NCBI GenBank assembly: GCA_040905425.1
Contig: JBBDRO010000075.1
Span: forward strand, 1 to 23,805
Source of the DNA: Gemmatimonadota bacterium
GTDB lineage: Bacteria > Gemmatimonadota > Gemmatimonadetes > Longimicrobiales > RSA9
Direction: 5' to 3'
Length of the DNA stretch: 23,805 nucleotides
Shown here one piece after another: positions 20,528 through 23,805 of the stretch. The notes under the pieces are model-generated. The model ran no database searches, was not told where the DNA came from, and saw nothing but the letters and a program-made list of their open reading frames with translations. Positions within the stretch are counted from its first letter, which is position 1; each line of letters starts with the position of its first letter. Position numbers and translations under genes: made by a program.

Positions 20528-20626
20528 GGGATTATGCTGCAGTCTGCGTGGGCGTGGGCGTCGGCGTGGGCGTCGGCGGGAGCGTCGGCGGGAGCGTCGG
20601 CGCGGGATTATGCTGCGGTCTGCGTG
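20528..20626. repeat. 23-bp direct repeat GGGATTATGCTGCRGTCTGCGTG (20528-20550, 20604-20626) enclosing a hexamer run (GCGTSG/GCGGGA)
   Basis: Read directly. Confidence 0.85.
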
Positions 20627-20704
20627 TGGGGCGTGCTATCAAACGCGTTCGCGTGGACAGGCGCTGCGGCCCGTGCACGTCTGATTGCAAATAGTGCTAC
20701 CAAA

Positions 20705-20742
20705 CGCGCAAGCGTCCGAGACGCTTGCGCGCTTCCGCTTTT
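20705..20742. terminator. Perfect 12-bp hairpin, possible terminator of the DUF1800-DUF1501 operon
   Basis: CGCGCAAGCGTC-cga-GACGCTTGCGCG, with short T-runs on both strands. Confidence 0.5.
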
Positions 20743-20894
20743 AGTCGCAAATAGTGTGGTCAATGCCACAAGCGCCGCCGGCGAGGGCCGCGCGTGCGCG
20801 TTTGGTGACATTCGGGCGCCGGCGCATGTCCTCCAGCCCGGCGGCGGGCGGCTTCGGCGGCGCGGCGCGCAGGATAAGTGCGCGGGGCCGGCGC

Positions 20895-22085
20895 TCAGCG
20901 CATGATCCCCCATGCGCCGGTCACGGCCGCCGAGCCCGGAAAGATCCGGTCGGCCTGGGTGGTGGAGAGGTCGAATACGCCGGCGGCCACGCCCTTCAAC
21001 ACCGCGCGCGTGTCCAGCGTGGGACGCAGGTCGCGGCCCTCGTAGAGCTCGCGCTCCGCCAACCCGGGCCAGTCCGCCAGCACGCGGCTGCCGCCCACGT
21101 TGGGGCCGATCACGAAACCCGCGCCGGCGGTGCCGTGATCGGTGCCACCGCTGCCGTTCGGACGGGCGGTGCGGCCGAACTCGGTCATGACCACCACCGT
21201 GGTGGCGGTCCAGGCTTCCCCAAGCTCGTCGCGCAACGCCAGGATGCCCTCGGCCAGCTGGCCGAGGCGGCGGTCAAGCGGTCCGCCGGCCGCCCCCTGA
21301 TTGGCGTGGGTGTCCCAGCCGCCGAACTCCACGGCGGCCACGTTGGGGCCGTCCGGCTCGCGGAGGAAGCGGGCGGCCGCGCGCATCACCGGCGCCACCG
21401 CGTTGCCGCGTGCCCCGGCCGCGCCGCCGGCCGCCATCCCCTCGGCGCCGCCGGTCTCCTGGAGCTGCAGCGCGGCCTCGAAGCGATCGTGCAGCACGGC
21501 GTCGCGCTGGTAGAGCACGTGCAGCCGCTCCAGATAGCCGTCCTCCACCACCCCCAGCTGACTAGGCGACCAGGTGGTCACCGGGAAGGCGCCGTCCAGC
21601 GAGCGGGGCAGCCCCGCCGCCACGGCAATGCCCGAGCGCTCCCCGCCCACCACCTGCAGCAAGCGGTTCAGCCAGCCGTCGGAGGCGCCCTGCGGGCGGT
21701 CCAGCCCCGTCTCCAGCACGGCCTGCCCGTCGAAATGGCTGCGCGTGCGATACGGAATGGCCATGCCGTGCAGGGCGGTGAGCTGCCCCGCCTGCCAGAG
21801 CTCGCCGAGGGGCGCCAGGCCGGGCGCCAGGGCAAAGCCGTCGGCCAGCGGCGTGAGTGCGCCGGGCTCATAGCCCATGGCGGCGCGCAGGCCGGCGTAG
21901 GCCGGGTCGCCCACGGGCACCACCGCGGCTAGCCCGTCCATCCCCCCGCGCAGCAGCACGAAGACCAGGCGGCTGCGCCCCGGCACGCGCGCGAAGGTGA
22001 CGCCCGGCAGGGTGAAGGTGGCCAGCCCGCCCAGGCACATGGCACGGGTGAAGGCGCGCCGATCCCAGAGTCGCGTCTCGTTCAT
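20895..22085 (-). CDS. DUF1501 domain protein with Tat signal
   Basis: DRRAF twin-arginine signal; LVFVLLRGGMDGL, RSHFDGQ, GGWDTHANQ, MTEFGRT, GTDHG and DLRPTLD motifs; GGAG RBS overlapping the upstream gene end. Confidence 0.92.
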   Translation of the reverse strand: MNETRLWDRRAFTRAMCLGGLATFTLPGVTFARVPGRSRLVFVLLRGGMDGLAAVVPVGDPAYAGLRAAMGYEPGALTPLADGFALAPGLAPLGELWQAGQLTALHGMAIPYRTRSHFDGQAVLETGLDRPQGASDGWLNRLLQVVGGERSGIAVAAGLPRSLDGAFPVTTWSPSQLGVVEDGYLERLHVLYQRDAVLHDRFEAALQLQETGGAEGMAAGGAAGARGNAVAPVMRAAARFLREPDGPNVAAVEFGGWDTHANQGAAGGPLDRRLGQLAEGILALRDELGEAWTATTVVVMTEFGRTARPNGSGGTDHGTAGAGFVIGPNVGGSRVLADWPGLAERELYEGRDLRPTLDTRAVLKGVAAGVFDLSTTQADRIFPGSAAVTGAWGIMR

Positions 22086-22089
22086 GGTG

Positions 22090-23583
22090 TTATCTCCACT
22101 GGAAGGCCGGCCCGCCCAGGGCCAGTGCGAAGCGCTCCTCCGCGGCGATCGAGCCGTCCGCCAGCATGGCGGCCAGCACACCGCCGTCGGCGGGCTCCAT
22201 CACGTCGAGCAGGAGCCGGGGGTCGGCGGCGCCTCGGCCGCGCGCCAGCCGCGCCGCCAGCGTACGGGCCAGCTCCGCGCGGTTCATCAGCGCGTCGGGG
22301 TCGGCCCAGGCGCGCGTCACGTCATCGAAGCCCTTAGGCGCAGGCGGACTCCACAGCGGGTGGCGGAGCTCCCGCAGAACCGGCAGCAGCGCCGGCGGGA
22401 AGCTCTCCGCGCGGGCGGCGCGGAGCGCGGCCACGGTCCACTCCTGCGGCGTACGGAGCTTCCGGTGCGTCGGGTCCCAGGCCTCCTCCAGATCCACCAG
22501 CGCCAGGGAGACCCGCAGCAGGTCGCCGCCCGAGTCCCGGAACACGGCGGCCAGCCGCTCTACCGCCGTGGCGGGCGGCTCGTCGGCCACGAAATGCCGT
22601 GCCAGTTTGGTGGCCACGAAGGTGGCGGTGGCGGGGTGGCGGGCCAGATCGCGCACGAGTGCCGCTGCCTCCTCGGCGCCGCCAGGACCCCGTGCGCCGC
22701 GGGTACCGTAGCGCCGCCCCAGCACATCCTTCGTGCCCGGCTCGTGAATCTCCGGACGGAAGACGGCGCCGCCCTGGCCGGCGGCCGGCGCGGCCGGCGC
22801 CACTGCGGCGCCCGAGGTGCCGGCACGCAGGCGGCCGGGCGGCCGGGAGCGCACCATGGCGTTGGCCGCGGGCGCGCCCAGATCCGCCGTCCAGCCCGTC
22901 AGCACGCGCGCCGCCGCCTCCACGTCCGCCTGCGTGTAGCCGCCGCCCACGCCCAGGGTGTGCAGCTCCAGCAGCTCGCGGGCGTGATTCTCGTTCAAGC
23001 CCCGCCCGGTGGCGCCCCGCGCGGCGGCGCGGCGCTCTGTGGCGCGACCCACCTGCGAGCCCGGTCCCACGGAACGCGTGTTGTCCAGGTAGATGAGCAT
23101 GGCCGGGTGGAGCGTGGCAGCCAGCGCTAGCTCCGCGAATGAGCCCAGCACATGGGGCCGAATGGCCGTGCGCTCGTAGTGGCCCGCAAAGGCCGCCACG
23201 GGCTGCCCCGCCGCGGCGGACACGCACAGGTGGTTGGACCAGAAGGCCACCAGGCGCTCCACGAAGGGCGTGTCGGTACGCACGCGCTGGTCGAGGGCGG
23301 CCGTGCTTTCGCGCCGGACGATCTCCGCAAAGGCTACGCGGGCGGCCCGCACCGCCTCGGCGTCCTGGCCTTGCCGGGCCATGCGTTGCGCCTGGCGCTG
23401 GGCGGCGAGCACGGCCGCGATGGCGTCGGCGTCGGGGAGGCCCGCATCAGACGGCAGCAGGGCATGACGCGGCTCCAACTGCGCGCGCAGCCAGTCGCGC
23501 GGATCGCCGCCCGCCAGGCTCCTGGCTTCACCACTGCGCGCGCCGAGACCGAAACGGTTCAGCGCATGGAGGCTCTGATCCAT
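22090..23583 (-). CDS. DUF1800 domain protein
   Basis: NRFGLG, ERLVAFWSNH, HPAMLIYLDN, NENHARELLELHTLGV, YTQADV and ARVLTGW motifs; standard partner of DUF1501. Confidence 0.92.
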   Translation of the reverse strand: MDQSLHALNRFGLGARSGEARSLAGGDPRDWLRAQLEPRHALLPSDAGLPDADAIAAVLAAQRQAQRMARQGQDAEAVRAARVAFAEIVRRESTAALDQRVRTDTPFVERLVAFWSNHLCVSAAAGQPVAAFAGHYERTAIRPHVLGSFAELALAATLHPAMLIYLDNTRSVGPGSQVGRATERRAAARGATGRGLNENHARELLELHTLGVGGGYTQADVEAAARVLTGWTADLGAPAANAMVRSRPPGRLRAGTSGAAVAPAAPAAGQGGAVFRPEIHEPGTKDVLGRRYGTRGARGPGGAEEAAALVRDLARHPATATFVATKLARHFVADEPPATAVERLAAVFRDSGGDLLRVSLALVDLEEAWDPTHRKLRTPQEWTVAALRAARAESFPPALLPVLRELRHPLWSPPAPKGFDDVTRAWADPDALMNRAELARTLAARLARGRGAADPRLLLDVMEPADGGVLAAMLADGSIAAEERFALALGGPAFQWR

Positions 23584-23676
23584 GGGAGGGATTCCGCGCT
23601 CGATGTGGCTCCGCGCGGCCGCGCCGCTGGCGTGACCGCCGTGTCGAAGAGGCAGACGGCGGGTGGGGGCGGGACG

Positions 23677-23805
23677 TTAAGTGGCGGCCTCGGGCCGCTG
23701 GATGGGGTACAGCCGCACGCGCTCCACGTCCAGCTTGTCACGATGGATGCCGAGCACGTAGTCCGTGCCGATCTCCGTGACCTCCAGGGCTTCGGGCATG
23801 GCCAC
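23677..23805 (-). CDS. C-terminus of a beta-propeller protein paralogous to 10965-12113 (5' part outside the window)
   Basis: VAMPEALEVTEIGTDYVLGIHRDKLDVERVRLYPIQRPEAAT* resembles IAEIGDDWALGLFRNELDVESVRRY. Confidence 0.8.
   Translation of the reverse strand: MAMPEALEVTEIGTDYVLGIHRDKLDVERVRLYPIQRPEAAT

Noticed and set aside
20336..20913. ORFs across the infA-DUF1501 intergenic region
   Set aside because: Repeat-derived, low-complexity translations with no recognisable domain.
23677..23805. Frameshift near the end of the terminal partial gene
   Set aside because: On re-reading, the 129 nt form 43 uninterrupted codons ending in TAA.

Overview
Very GC-rich bacterial genomic window. The gene families (PD40-amidohydrolase, VPS10/BNR protein, several 'GEGPGEF' beta-propeller lipoproteins) suggest Gemmatimonadota, which is an inference. 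In order it holds: a truncated DUF222/HNH-type gene with five in-frame parS-like palindromic repeats, two short tandem-repeat tracts, a small hypothetical gene, a secreted PD40-amidohydrolase, two paralogous lipoproteins (the first frameshifted at a G24 tract), an outer-membrane beta-barrel gene interrupted by one in-frame TAG, a PHP/CehA-McbA metallohydrolase, an MNT-HEPN toxin-antitoxin pair with a probable IS91-type transposase relic, a beta-propeller lipoprotein, a VPS10/BNR protein, an orphan TupA-like binding protein, a stress-type cluster (YbdK-like ligase, Mn-type SOD, LEA2/WHy lipoprotein, infA; two sigma54-like promoters), a 660-bp intergenic region of covarying hairpin repeats, a DUF1800-DUF1501 pair and the 3' end of another beta-propeller gene. 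The most striking structure is at 9.0-12.3 kb. The slot between two convergent genes occurs twice in tandem (A-TA-B'|A'-propeller-B), the two copies of the gene ends differ mostly at synonymous sites, and each copy carries different cargo.
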